Shown one piece after another: positions 8,650-16,847 of a stretch of 29,282 nt of DNA. The DNA lies in assembly GCA_964475975.1 (NCBI GenBank), contig CAYYYA010000001.1, positions 29,254-58,535 of the forward strand. The letters are read 5' to 3'. Under the pieces are notes generated by a model that saw only the letters and a list, made by a program, of their open reading frames with translations, was not told the origin of the DNA and did not search any database. The translations under genes and the position numbers were made by a program. The number at the start of each line of letters is the position of its first letter. The stretch's first letter is position 1. Source of the stretch: an uncultured Gammaproteobacteria bacterium (GTDB taxonomy: Bacteria; Patescibacteriota; Patescibacteriia; UBA1558; 2-01-FULL-52-15).

Positions 8650-11600
8650 ATGAATACAACATTTTTAAATACAACAGAGCCGATAAATGCTTCAGGCCCT
8701 GTCGGTCAAATACCAACCAAGCCACATACTAAAAAAGCCGTGCTGGTTGGCATTATGGCTCTCATAGGTCTCTGTCTCATAGCAGGGATTTATTATTTTT
8801 TTACAGCAGTTCGGCCAAATCATCTCCCTCCACTGCAAGCTCGTGGTGAAGTTGTTATTGTAGCGGAGCAGAAAGATTCTACCGGAATTGATCCGGCCAC
8901 ACATTTTACTGTTGGTACTATTAAAGAAGTAGATACAGAACAGCTAAAAAAAGCCATTTCCATCAATCCTCCAGTTGATTTTGCCCTAAAAAAAGAACCG
9001 AAACGAACAGCAGGCACTTTTGATCTGATTCGTAGAGCCTTAGCGCAAGGCGATTTACGAGAATTGGCTTATACCTATACCCTCACACCTGCCACTACCT
9101 TAAATCCTGATACTGTGTATGCGTTGGCCGTGCATGACTCTGCAATTGCTAGTGACGATTATAGCTTTGCTTTTCAGGTACGCTCAGGTTTCAAAATTAC
9201 CGCTACGCATCCCCGAGATAAAGTCGCTCAGATTCCAGTCAATACAGGTATAGAGATTACCTTTAACCGCTTTGAATTAAAAGACCCTGAGAAATTTATC
9301 ACTATCGAACCAGCAGTTAAGGGTTCTTTTTCGGTGCGAAGAGATACGGTAGTTTTTGTACCAGAAAAGCTTAACCCAGGAACTATATATACAATTCATG
9401 TGAGTAAGGATCTGCAGACAGTTGGATCAGCCGAAACGTTAGGACAGGACTATAGCTTTGCCTTCGAGACAGCCGACATAAATCAGCGCGAAGGATCAGT
9501 AGCCTATTTCAATTTTGGTCGTGAAGTGGTTGATATTTTGCCGGGGAAAAAACCGGTGCTATCGTTCTATGCCACCAACATTGCTGATAATCAATTTCAA
9601 GCTTCACTCTACAGAGTAAAATCAGTAGATGATTTTACTGATTCGTATATCAAGAGTCGCACGTGGGATTTAGGTTGGTCGTATTATTACAACCGAACAG
9701 GTCAATTGAATGTCAATCCAGACGAATCGTTGAAGGTCGCTAGCTTTGACCCAACAGTTGTGACAGACGGCTATCAAAAGTATCTAGAGTTACCAGAAAG
9801 TTTGACTGAAGGTTTTTATCTTTTTAAAGTACAGGCCAAAGGACTCACTCGGTGGGCGTGGCTTCAAGTTACCCCATTTGATTATTACTTTACCCTCAGT
9901 CAAGAGCGGGGATTGGTTTGGTTGTACGACAATACTTCGCGCCAACCAGTGTCCGGGGCTGATATAGCTTTAATGCAAACGGGTGGACAATCAGTTAATA
10001 TCAAAAAAACTGATGATCAGGGTTTGGTAGATTTTCCGTTACCCCCAAGTCTCTTGGCTACAACTGCTGTGCCTAAATTTTTTGAAATAAATAAGGGAAA
10101 CTCGACGAGAGCGATTTTGATACGAGATCGTTGGGGTTATGGTTCTGGTATAGCATCCGGCGACGGGTACTGGGACTCGCTACGTACAGATCGTTACGTT
10201 TATCAACTGAGTGATAAGATAAATTATTGGGGTATTATCAAGGGTAGGTCAGAGGACTTACGGCAACAAAAAGTAACTGTCGCTCTCTATCCCGGATATT
10301 TCTATGGTTTCTATGATACTTGGGGTTCTCCTTCTGATAGTTCTAAGGCTTTGGTAAAGCAAGAGGTAATGATTTCTGGATATGATACTATTGAAGGCCA
10401 GCTTAATTTTACAGGAGTTGCTCCAGGGACATATCAAGTTGTGGTATTGCAGGGTGAAAAAGTACTCAGTCAGCGTAGTATTGAGATTCAGGCTTTTAGT
10501 AAACCAGCTTATCAGATAATGGTGACGCCGTCGAAACATGTAGCTTTTGCTGATGAGGAGTTGAAGTTTGATGTTAAGGCTGAGTTATTTGACGGAACGC
10601 CAGCGGCTAATGTTGAACTTAAGTATGATTTTTATTGGGCTGGTAATCAATCTGGCAGGATAAAGCTTGATAATCGAGGTGAAGGAGTGATCCGGTTTAC
10701 ACCTGCCTACATTCCTGAGTCGCCAGAAGGATATGACGGCTATCCACGGTCTTTGACTCTTAATATTAACGCTGTTAAAGCTGAAGAAGGAAGCATATAT
10801 GCTGATAGTAATGTTTGGGTTTTTGGGCCGAAGGTTTTACTCCAAGTCAGCGGACAAGACACAGGAGGAGAAACGAGAACACTAACAGCTAAGGTAAACA
10901 ATGTGACCCTCGGTGACGGATCGCAGGAGTATTCATATAATTCAAATGAATTTATAGGAGGTCCTGCAGTAAATAAAACCGTAAAGGCGCAGGTTATTAA
11001 ACGCACCTATATCAAACAAGAAACTGGTCAACATTATGACCCTGTCTATAAATTAACCTATAAGACGTATAACTATACTTTCCGAGATGATGTTATTCGT
11101 CGGGAGACGGGCACAACAAATAGTGCTGGTGAGTGGTCATTGGTTCAATCGTTTCCCAAGGAAGATATGGTGACGTATTTTGTCAAAATGGAAACAGCTG
11201 ACTCCCAAGGAAAGGTTGATTACGCTAATTACTCTATTTGGAATTTTGATACCAATAATCCTGCGCCATCTACCGTGGAATTACAGTTCTCAGGCCAAAC
11301 TGCAAATAATGAGAAAGCATTTGCTCTCAACTCTCCGATAGACATTCAGGTCAAACGCGTAGGCGTAGCCAACGATCAGCCAGTTCTGTGGTATCGATAC
11401 CAGAATTCTTTAACTGCTAGTGGCGTTATTAAGAATAATTCAATTATTGATAAATTTGTTGACTCTTATGCGCCGAATATACGCTATCGTGCCGTTGTTT
11501 ATGGCCAGCAAGGTTTCTCTGAGTCACAAGAACTTGGCGCTGTATTACAAACAGCGGATAAGACTCTAGATATCTCAATAACAAGTGATAAAGCTAGTTA

Positions 11601-14118
11601 CAGACCGAAAGAAACAGTAAATTTAACGGTAGCAGTTAAAGATAAGAATAACGTAGGGGGAATAGCAGAGTTAAATATTGCAGCTGTTGATGAAGCGCTG
11701 TTTCATGTTTTGCCAGAGTACTGGCAAGAAAATTTAGCTTCTAGTTTATATCGGAAGATCTATGTTACACCGCTGACCGGATGGTCGCGTCTTGATACTT
11801 CACGCCAAGATTTGAGCGGTGCAGAAAAGGGAGGTTGTTTCACTGGAGACACGCCTATTATAATGGCAGATGGAAAAAAGAAAAAAATTCAGGATATTAA
11901 TCCTGGTGATATGATTGCCACCTTTGCTTCTGATCAGAATCATAATATAGAGACGGCAGTGGTCCAGGGCGTGTCGTCGCACCAGGTAGCTGATTATCTG
12001 ATTATCAACAGGGAGCTAAAGGTCACCCGGGAACACCCACTCTATATTAATAATCAGTGGACAGTGGCCGGAGCCGCTAAGCTGGGCGATGAATTGCTTC
12101 GGGCAGATGGATCGTACGTTGGTATTACCAGTATCAAACAGGTGAAAGCTCCTGGCACGTGGGTATATAACATGACTGTTGGTACTTATCATACGTATTT
12201 AGCTGACGGCTTCTATGCTCATAATGCTGAAAAAGGCGGTTCACCTCGCGCTGACTTTGTTGATGCTCCATTATTCAGAAGCCTACGTACAGATAGTACT
12301 GGAACAGCTAAACTTTCATTTCAAGCACCTGATAATATTACTTCTTGGAGAGTGACTGCTCTGGCATACCAGTCTCAGAGTATAAGCGCTGGTGAACAGT
12401 CAAAGTTAATACCCGTTACATTACCGTTTTTCGTTGACGTTGTTAGCTCGCCAACTTTTTTGACCGGAGATCAACCTCAGATTACAGCCCGACTATTTGG
12501 CACAGCCTATGATTCTAATAAGCCGATTGATCTATCCGCCAACAGCTCTAGTCTAAATTTGCAAACCGGTCAAACCACAATAGCTCAGTTTTCTAGAATA
12601 CCACTAGGTAGAATGGTGGCAGGAGAACATGAAGTAACTGTGCGGGCACAGCAGGGTAAGCTAGCTGATGCGGTAACGCGTAAGATTAATGTCGTTGACA
12701 GCTATTTCAAAACAGTTGTCGCTTCTAATTACCTTCTGACTAATCCAGACATTAAAGTTAAAGGTAATGATAAAGGCTTCACCACAATAAAGTTTGTTGA
12801 TCAAGGGAAAGGTAAGTATTTTTATCCTTTGTATTATCGCTCGACCCCAAGTATTCGTTTAGATGATACAGCTGCAAGTATTCTGGCGAGCGATATCCTC
12901 CATTCGGATTTTGATCAACTTGAGACAGATCGATCAAACGTATTGAACTATCAATTAGAAAACGGCGGACTAGCGCAGTTTATCTACTCTTCCGCCGACA
13001 CCGCCGTATCAGCCTTGGTTGCAGATGCTATACCGGATCGTTTCGGCCAGGAGGCTCTTGTCGGTTATTTCCAGGACCAACTGCGAACGCAGGATGTTGA
13101 TGGCATTGTCAGATTGCAGGCTCTGTACGGATTAGCCTCTTTGAAACAGCCGGTACTGACAGAATTGCAGACGATTGATAGCTCACGACTTGATTTTGAT
13201 CACTCGTTATATTTGGCTTTAGCTTTAGCTAAAGCTGGTGATTGGGAGTCAGCTCGTACAATCTACCGTACTACTATTCGACCGGCTCTTACCTTCGTGG
13301 ATGATCAAGCTTGGCTGACTAACCAAAAAGATGGAGATTTGCAAGCGAAGAAAACTGCACTGGTTGCGGTATTAGCAGGTCATATTCGTGAACGTGATGA
13401 TATTGATGACCTGTGGCGTTATATTGATAGTCATAATCCAACCTCTGACAGGGACAGTTTAGAAGAAGTTGTGGTCTTGAAAGATTTATTGACAATGACA
13501 ACTCCTAAATTAGCGAGCCTTACTTATACTGCTGGCACCAAGAAAGATACTTTTGAGCTGAGACCAGGTGAGAGTAAAACAATTAGACTGACGCCTGAAG
13601 AGCTGAAAGCGCTGACGTTCTCAGGTATATCTGGAGAACCTATGGCTATCAGCTATTACGATAACTATGGTAAACCGGAAGATATTAAGCAGGATAGCTC
13701 GATCTCGTTAACGAGAACTTATTCCGTAGATGGTAGAGAGACAAATACGTGGTCAGAGGGTGATATCGTCAAGATTACGTTACGTCCTCGGGTTAAAAAG
13801 AGCGTAAACAATGGCTATCAAATTACAGATTTCCTTCCGAGCGGCATCGTGCCAATCACCAACACGTATCAGCGAGGTCTAGGTGGTAGTGCTGATCCTT
13901 GTGATTCAACTTGGTATCCAATGACTATTCTACAGAATAGTATCAGCTTCACGTATCATTATTGGGAGCAGGCTCCAAAATGTTCTGATATGAGGATTAA
14001 TTATTATGCTCGGGTAGTAACTCCGGGAAATTATCGTGCTAATCCCGCTGTAATGCAGTCAAATGAGATTGGAACCAGTATAACTTTGACCAAAGAAAAT
14101 CGTGTTGAGATTAAATAA
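8650..14118 (+). CDS. Membrane-anchored alpha-2-macroglobulin-family protein with Ig-like domains and a Hint domain in the bait region; no CxEQ thioester
   Basis: Probable start ATG 8650 (TATACT 6 nt upstream; the ORF caller starts at 8608). N-terminal TM, two Ig-like repeats (HPRDKVAQIPVNTGIEITFN), MG domains (LRTDRYVYQLSDKINYWGII). AAVDEALF and RADF..RTDSTGTAKLSFQAPDNITSWRVTALA flank the bait region. QLENGG TED motif; C-terminal YYARVVTPGNYRANPA. Confidence 0.9.
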   Translation: MNTTFLNTTEPINASGPVGQIPTKPHTKKAVLVGIMALIGLCLIAGIYYFFTAVRPNHLPPLQARGEVVIVAEQKDSTGIDPATHFTVGTIKEVDTEQLKKAISINPPVDFALKKEPKRTAGTFDLIRRALAQGDLRELAYTYTLTPATTLNPDTVYALAVHDSAIASDDYSFAFQVRSGFKITATHPRDKVAQIPVNTGIEITFNRFELKDPEKFITIEPAVKGSFSVRRDTVVFVPEKLNPGTIYTIHVSKDLQTVGSAETLGQDYSFAFETADINQREGSVAYFNFGREVVDILPGKKPVLSFYATNIADNQFQASLYRVKSVDDFTDSYIKSRTWDLGWSYYYNRTGQLNVNPDESLKVASFDPTVVTDGYQKYLELPESLTEGFYLFKVQAKGLTRWAWLQVTPFDYYFTLSQERGLVWLYDNTSRQPVSGADIALMQTGGQSVNIKKTDDQGLVDFPLPPSLLATTAVPKFFEINKGNSTRAILIRDRWGYGSGIASGDGYWDSLRTDRYVYQLSDKINYWGIIKGRSEDLRQQKVTVALYPGYFYGFYDTWGSPSDSSKALVKQEVMISGYDTIEGQLNFTGVAPGTYQVVVLQGEKVLSQRSIEIQAFSKPAYQIMVTPSKHVAFADEELKFDVKAELFDGTPAANVELKYDFYWAGNQSGRIKLDNRGEGVIRFTPAYIPESPEGYDGYPRSLTLNINAVKAEEGSIYADSNVWVFGPKVLLQVSGQDTGGETRTLTAKVNNVTLGDGSQEYSYNSNEFIGGPAVNKTVKAQVIKRTYIKQETGQHYDPVYKLTYKTYNYTFRDDVIRRETGTTNSAGEWSLVQSFPKEDMVTYFVKMETADSQGKVDYANYSIWNFDTNNPAPSTVELQFSGQTANNEKAFALNSPIDIQVKRVGVANDQPVLWYRYQNSLTASGVIKNNSIIDKFVDSYAPNIRYRAVVYGQQGFSESQELGAVLQTADKTLDISITSDKASYRPKETVNLTVAVKDKNNVGGIAELNIAAVDEALFHVLPEYWQENLASSLYRKIYVTPLTGWSRLDTSRQDLSGAEKGGCFTGDTPIIMADGKKKKIQDINPGDMIATFASDQNHNIETAVVQGVSSHQVADYLIINRELKVTREHPLYINNQWTVAGAAKLGDELLRADGSYVGITSIKQVKAPGTWVYNMTVGTYHTYLADGFYAHNAEKGGSPRADFVDAPLFRSLRTDSTGTAKLSFQAPDNITSWRVTALAYQSQSISAGEQSKLIPVTLPFFVDVVSSPTFLTGDQPQITARLFGTAYDSNKPIDLSANSSSLNLQTGQTTIAQFSRIPLGRMVAGEHEVTVRAQQGKLADAVTRKINVVDSYFKTVVASNYLLTNPDIKVKGNDKGFTTIKFVDQGKGKYFYPLYYRSTPSIRLDDTAASILASDILHSDFDQLETDRSNVLNYQLENGGLAQFIYSSADTAVSALVADAIPDRFGQEALVGYFQDQLRTQDVDGIVRLQALYGLASLKQPVLTELQTIDSSRLDFDHSLYLALALAKAGDWESARTIYRTTIRPALTFVDDQAWLTNQKDGDLQAKKTALVAVLAGHIRERDDIDDLWRYIDSHNPTSDRDSLEEVVVLKDLLTMTTPKLASLTYTAGTKKDTFELRPGESKTIRLTPEELKALTFSGISGEPMAISYYDNYGKPEDIKQDSSISLTRTYSVDGRETNTWSEGDIVKITLRPRVKKSVNNGYQITDFLPSGIVPITNTYQRGLGGSADPCDSTWYPMTILQNSISFTYHYWEQAPKCSDMRINYYARVVTPGNYRANPAVMQSNEIGTSITLTKENRVEIK
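11836..12225 (+). other. Hint (intein-like, BIL/PT-HINT type) domain, 130 aa, inside the A2M protein
   Basis: Block A CFTGDTPIIMADG, block B LKVTREHPLYI (TxxH), block F/G VYNMTVGTYHTYLADGFYAHN. The +1 residue is Ala and there is no endonuclease domain. Confidence 0.92.
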
Positions 14119-14983
14119 GCAGAAACTACTTGTCGGAGGTTTATTGCTATTCATTATTATATTAGTCGTTTGGCGTCCTAGCGTCAGAAACGATTCGAAG
14201 CTTGTCCCGAAAAAAGCTAACTATCGGGTAGTCAACGATGGTGAGATGGTAACCGCTATAGAGCAGCTCAACCCTCTGACTAAAAGCACTGATTCTCCGC
14301 GGGTTTTTTTGGCTATTACATCACATCACATTCCCACTGCAGCCTATTTTATAGCCGATTTATTTCGTTATCTCTTGACCACTACCACAGCACACCCAAC
14401 GTTTATTGTTATTGGGCCTGATCATTATGAACGCTGTCCTTCCCGTGTAACTATTAGTAATCAGCCTTTTATTACCTCATTTGGCAAAGTTGACGTTGAT
14501 CAAGATATTTCTGAACGTTTGGGCTTGACGTTTGCTTATGAGACGAATGATTGTCTTGCGTCTGAACACGCTATAGCGACGGAAGCGCCCTTTATCGCTC
14601 GCACTTTCCCGCATTCAAAAATCGTGGGTATCACCTTGTCATCATCAGCCACCACAGAAGATATACAGACGTTAGCTGATGTATTGGATCAGATGAAAGA
14701 CAAAGTCATAATTTTGGAAAGTACAGATTTTTCTCATTATCTCCCTGTTGATCAAGCGCGCATGATAGATGATGAAACGGCTCAGATGATTAATGATTTA
14801 GACGTCGCAGCTATTACTTTGAAAAATTTAGATTCACCACCGACATTAAGATTGGTGATTGGCCTGGCTAAACGCTGGAATCTTAGACCAAAAATTTTGG
14901 AACAAAAGAATCTCTACGATCTTAATGGGCAGGCAGATAATACCACTGGTTATATCAATGCGGTTTTTGAGGAACAAGAGTAG
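14102..14983 (+). CDS. MEMO1 / AmmeMemoRadiSam protein B family protein with an N-terminal membrane anchor
   Basis: ITSHHIP, VIGPDHY, SEHAI and STDFSHY motifs; hydrophobic LLVGGLLLFIIILVVW; overlaps the A2M stop by 17 nt. Confidence 0.85.
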   Translation: MLRLNKQKLLVGGLLLFIIILVVWRPSVRNDSKLVPKKANYRVVNDGEMVTAIEQLNPLTKSTDSPRVFLAITSHHIPTAAYFIADLFRYLLTTTTAHPTFIVIGPDHYERCPSRVTISNQPFITSFGKVDVDQDISERLGLTFAYETNDCLASEHAIATEAPFIARTFPHSKIVGITLSSSATTEDIQTLADVLDQMKDKVIILESTDFSHYLPVDQARMIDDETAQMINDLDVAAITLKNLDSPPTLRLVIGLAKRWNLRPKILEQKNLYDLNGQADNTTGYINAVFEEQE

Positions 14984-14993
14984 TTATGATACC

Positions 14994-15024
14994 AAAAAGA
15001 CCTAAGAAATTCTTAGGTCTTTTT
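14994..15024. terminator. Bidirectional intrinsic terminator
   Basis: AAAAAGACCTAAGA-AAT-TCTTAGGTCTTTTT, a perfect inverted repeat between convergent genes. Confidence 0.85.
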
Positions 15025-15037
15025 AGCTTGTAATGAG

Positions 15038-16282
15038 TTATCGTTTTTCTACAAATGTTAAGGCTTTGCCTTTCTTATTGCCTCTACCGGTACGGCCGAT
15101 ACGATGGACGTAGTCTTCGTAGGTGGCTGGCAAATCATAGTTGATAACATGGCTGACATCAGCGATATCCAAGCCGCGGGCAGCGACGTCAGTAGCGACT
15201 AAGATCTGGATGCGATTGTCTTTGAACAAACCGAGCGCTTTCTGACGTTTGGTGTGATTCTTATTACCGTGGATGGATTCGGCTCTGAGTCCGCGCTGGG
15301 CCAAGATTTTGGAAAGTTTCTCTACGCCGTGTTTGGTTCGGCCGAAGATCAAGACTTTGCTTAATTCTTTCTGCTTCAGCAGATCGTAGAGCACGTCAAA
15401 TTTATTTTCACCCGGTCGGATATTGACCACATCTTGATCCACATTCTTCGCTGTATCACCAGTTTTGACTGAGATACGTACTGGTTCATGCAGGAATTCT
15501 TTGATTAGACCTTCTATTACCGGATTCATAGTAGCAGAGAAGAAGAGAGTGTGGCGGGGAGAAGGCATACCGGCCATGACGAAGCGCATATCATGGATGA
15601 AGCCCATATCAAGCATGCGGTCAGCTTCATCAAGTACGATCGTGCTGAATTGATTCAGCTTGATCATATTGCGTTCGATCAGGTCTTTCAGACGTCCCGG
15701 TGTACCGATGACGAAATTATGCGCATAGCGTAGCTCGTGAATTTGTCTCTGGATATTAGCACCTCCGACGCAGCAGACAGAATAAATCTTCATCTTCGGA
15801 GTGAATCCTTCTAGCTCTTGATTGATCTGAATAGCTAATTCTCTGGTCGGTACGACAACGAGAACTTTTTTATTGCGGTCGAGTAATACTTTGTTGATCA
15901 GCGGGATGAGGAAGGCTGCCGTCTTGCCGGTACCGGTATTGGCGATACCTACGACGTCAGATCCTTGTAAAACATGAGGAATAGCCCGATCCTGAATAGG
16001 AGTCGGGGAGGTATAACCTTTTTGGGTAATGGCTAACTTGAGAGACGGTTCAATCTGAAAATTTTCAAAAGCGTGCTCCGGCTTGAAGTGTTCTACTTCT
16101 TCGGTGATTACCGCTTTGTTAATGAAACGAGTCGGGTCAATATAATCGCCTACAGGACCCTTGCGTCTAGCAGGGCCACGTGAGCGACCAGCAGAAGCGC
16201 CGAAGGAGCGTCGGAAATTATTAGGTTTTGAGGCGCCTGATTTTCTGGGACCTCGAGAGCTTGGTCTGTTCGATGTGTACAT
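15038..16282 (-). CDS. DEAD-box RNA helicase
   Basis: Q motif PTPIQ, ANTGTGKT, PTRELA, TPGRL, LDEADRMLDMGF, SAT, ARGLD, HRIGRTGRG; Arg/Gly-rich N-terminal extension. Confidence 0.96.
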   Translation of the reverse strand: MYTSNRPSSRGPRKSGASKPNNFRRSFGASAGRSRGPARRKGPVGDYIDPTRFINKAVITEEVEHFKPEHAFENFQIEPSLKLAITQKGYTSPTPIQDRAIPHVLQGSDVVGIANTGTGKTAAFLIPLINKVLLDRNKKVLVVVPTRELAIQINQELEGFTPKMKIYSVCCVGGANIQRQIHELRYAHNFVIGTPGRLKDLIERNMIKLNQFSTIVLDEADRMLDMGFIHDMRFVMAGMPSPRHTLFFSATMNPVIEGLIKEFLHEPVRISVKTGDTAKNVDQDVVNIRPGENKFDVLYDLLKQKELSKVLIFGRTKHGVEKLSKILAQRGLRAESIHGNKNHTKRQKALGLFKDNRIQILVATDVAARGLDIADVSHVINYDLPATYEDYVHRIGRTGRGNKKGKALTFVEKR

Positions 16283-16428
16283 GAGATAGCTAAAAAATAC
16301 TTAGAGTATAACTTCTCATTCGGGGGAGCAATGAGTAGGTCTCATAAGTTTTCAGATTTAGCCAGTGAATGGCACTGTTTTGATGGAGATCAAACAACGA
16401 AAAACGAAGAGATTTGAGTTATGGTGAT

Positions 16429-16457
16429 ACTATAGATGAAAATAGTATTTTTGTCAA
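16429..16457 (-). promoter_or_regulatory. sigma70 promoter of the DEAD-box helicase, giving a ~140-nt 5' UTR
   Basis: TTGACA-17 nt-TATAGT. Confidence 0.75.
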
Positions 16458-16471
16458 GCGATATCGCTCGA

Positions 16472-16822
16472 CTAATTCGCCGCCAATGTGCCAACTTCGT
16501 AAGACTGCAGTACGCTCGCCGGTCGTCCTTGATTACCATGCTGATTATTAAAAGCTGTTGTACCGTCAGTGCCGCATAAGCTTAGGATTGCCATATCACC
16601 GCCTGGGTGTTGGTTGATCCAATTCGTTAGGTTATAGACTTTACCGTTAATAGTCGTCAGGCAGTTTGAAGCAGTTTTTGCTTGCTGAATCTCTGCTAGG
16701 GTATATGTTTTGGTTGTTGGAGTGGTGTCGCTGACAGCAGTATTAGTATTGGTTGAAGCTGGTGTTTTGGCGCAGGCCGTTACCAGCAGAAGACTGGCTA
16801 AGATGATGAGTGATTTTTTCAT
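16472..16822 (-). CDS. Cytochrome b5-like heme-binding lipoprotein
   Basis: Likely start ATG 16822 (MKKSLIILASLLLVTAC lipobox), Thr-rich linker, YTLAEI..INGKVYNLTNWINQHPGG..GTDGTTAFNNQH with both heme-ligand His; 116 aa. Confidence 0.85.
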   Translation of the reverse strand: MKKSLIILASLLLVTACAKTPASTNTNTAVSDTTPTTKTYTLAEIQQAKTASNCLTTINGKVYNLTNWINQHPGGDMAILSLCGTDGTTAFNNQHGNQGRPASVLQSYEVGTLAAN

Positions 16823-16847
16823 AGGTATAAGATTTGATGACGTAGGA

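Noticed and set aside
11836-12225. Canonical splicing intein or homing element
   Set aside because: The +1 residue is Ala rather than Cys/Ser/Thr, there is no endonuclease domain, and the host is an exported protein rather than a conserved replication enzyme. It is better classed as a BIL/PT-HINT-like domain.
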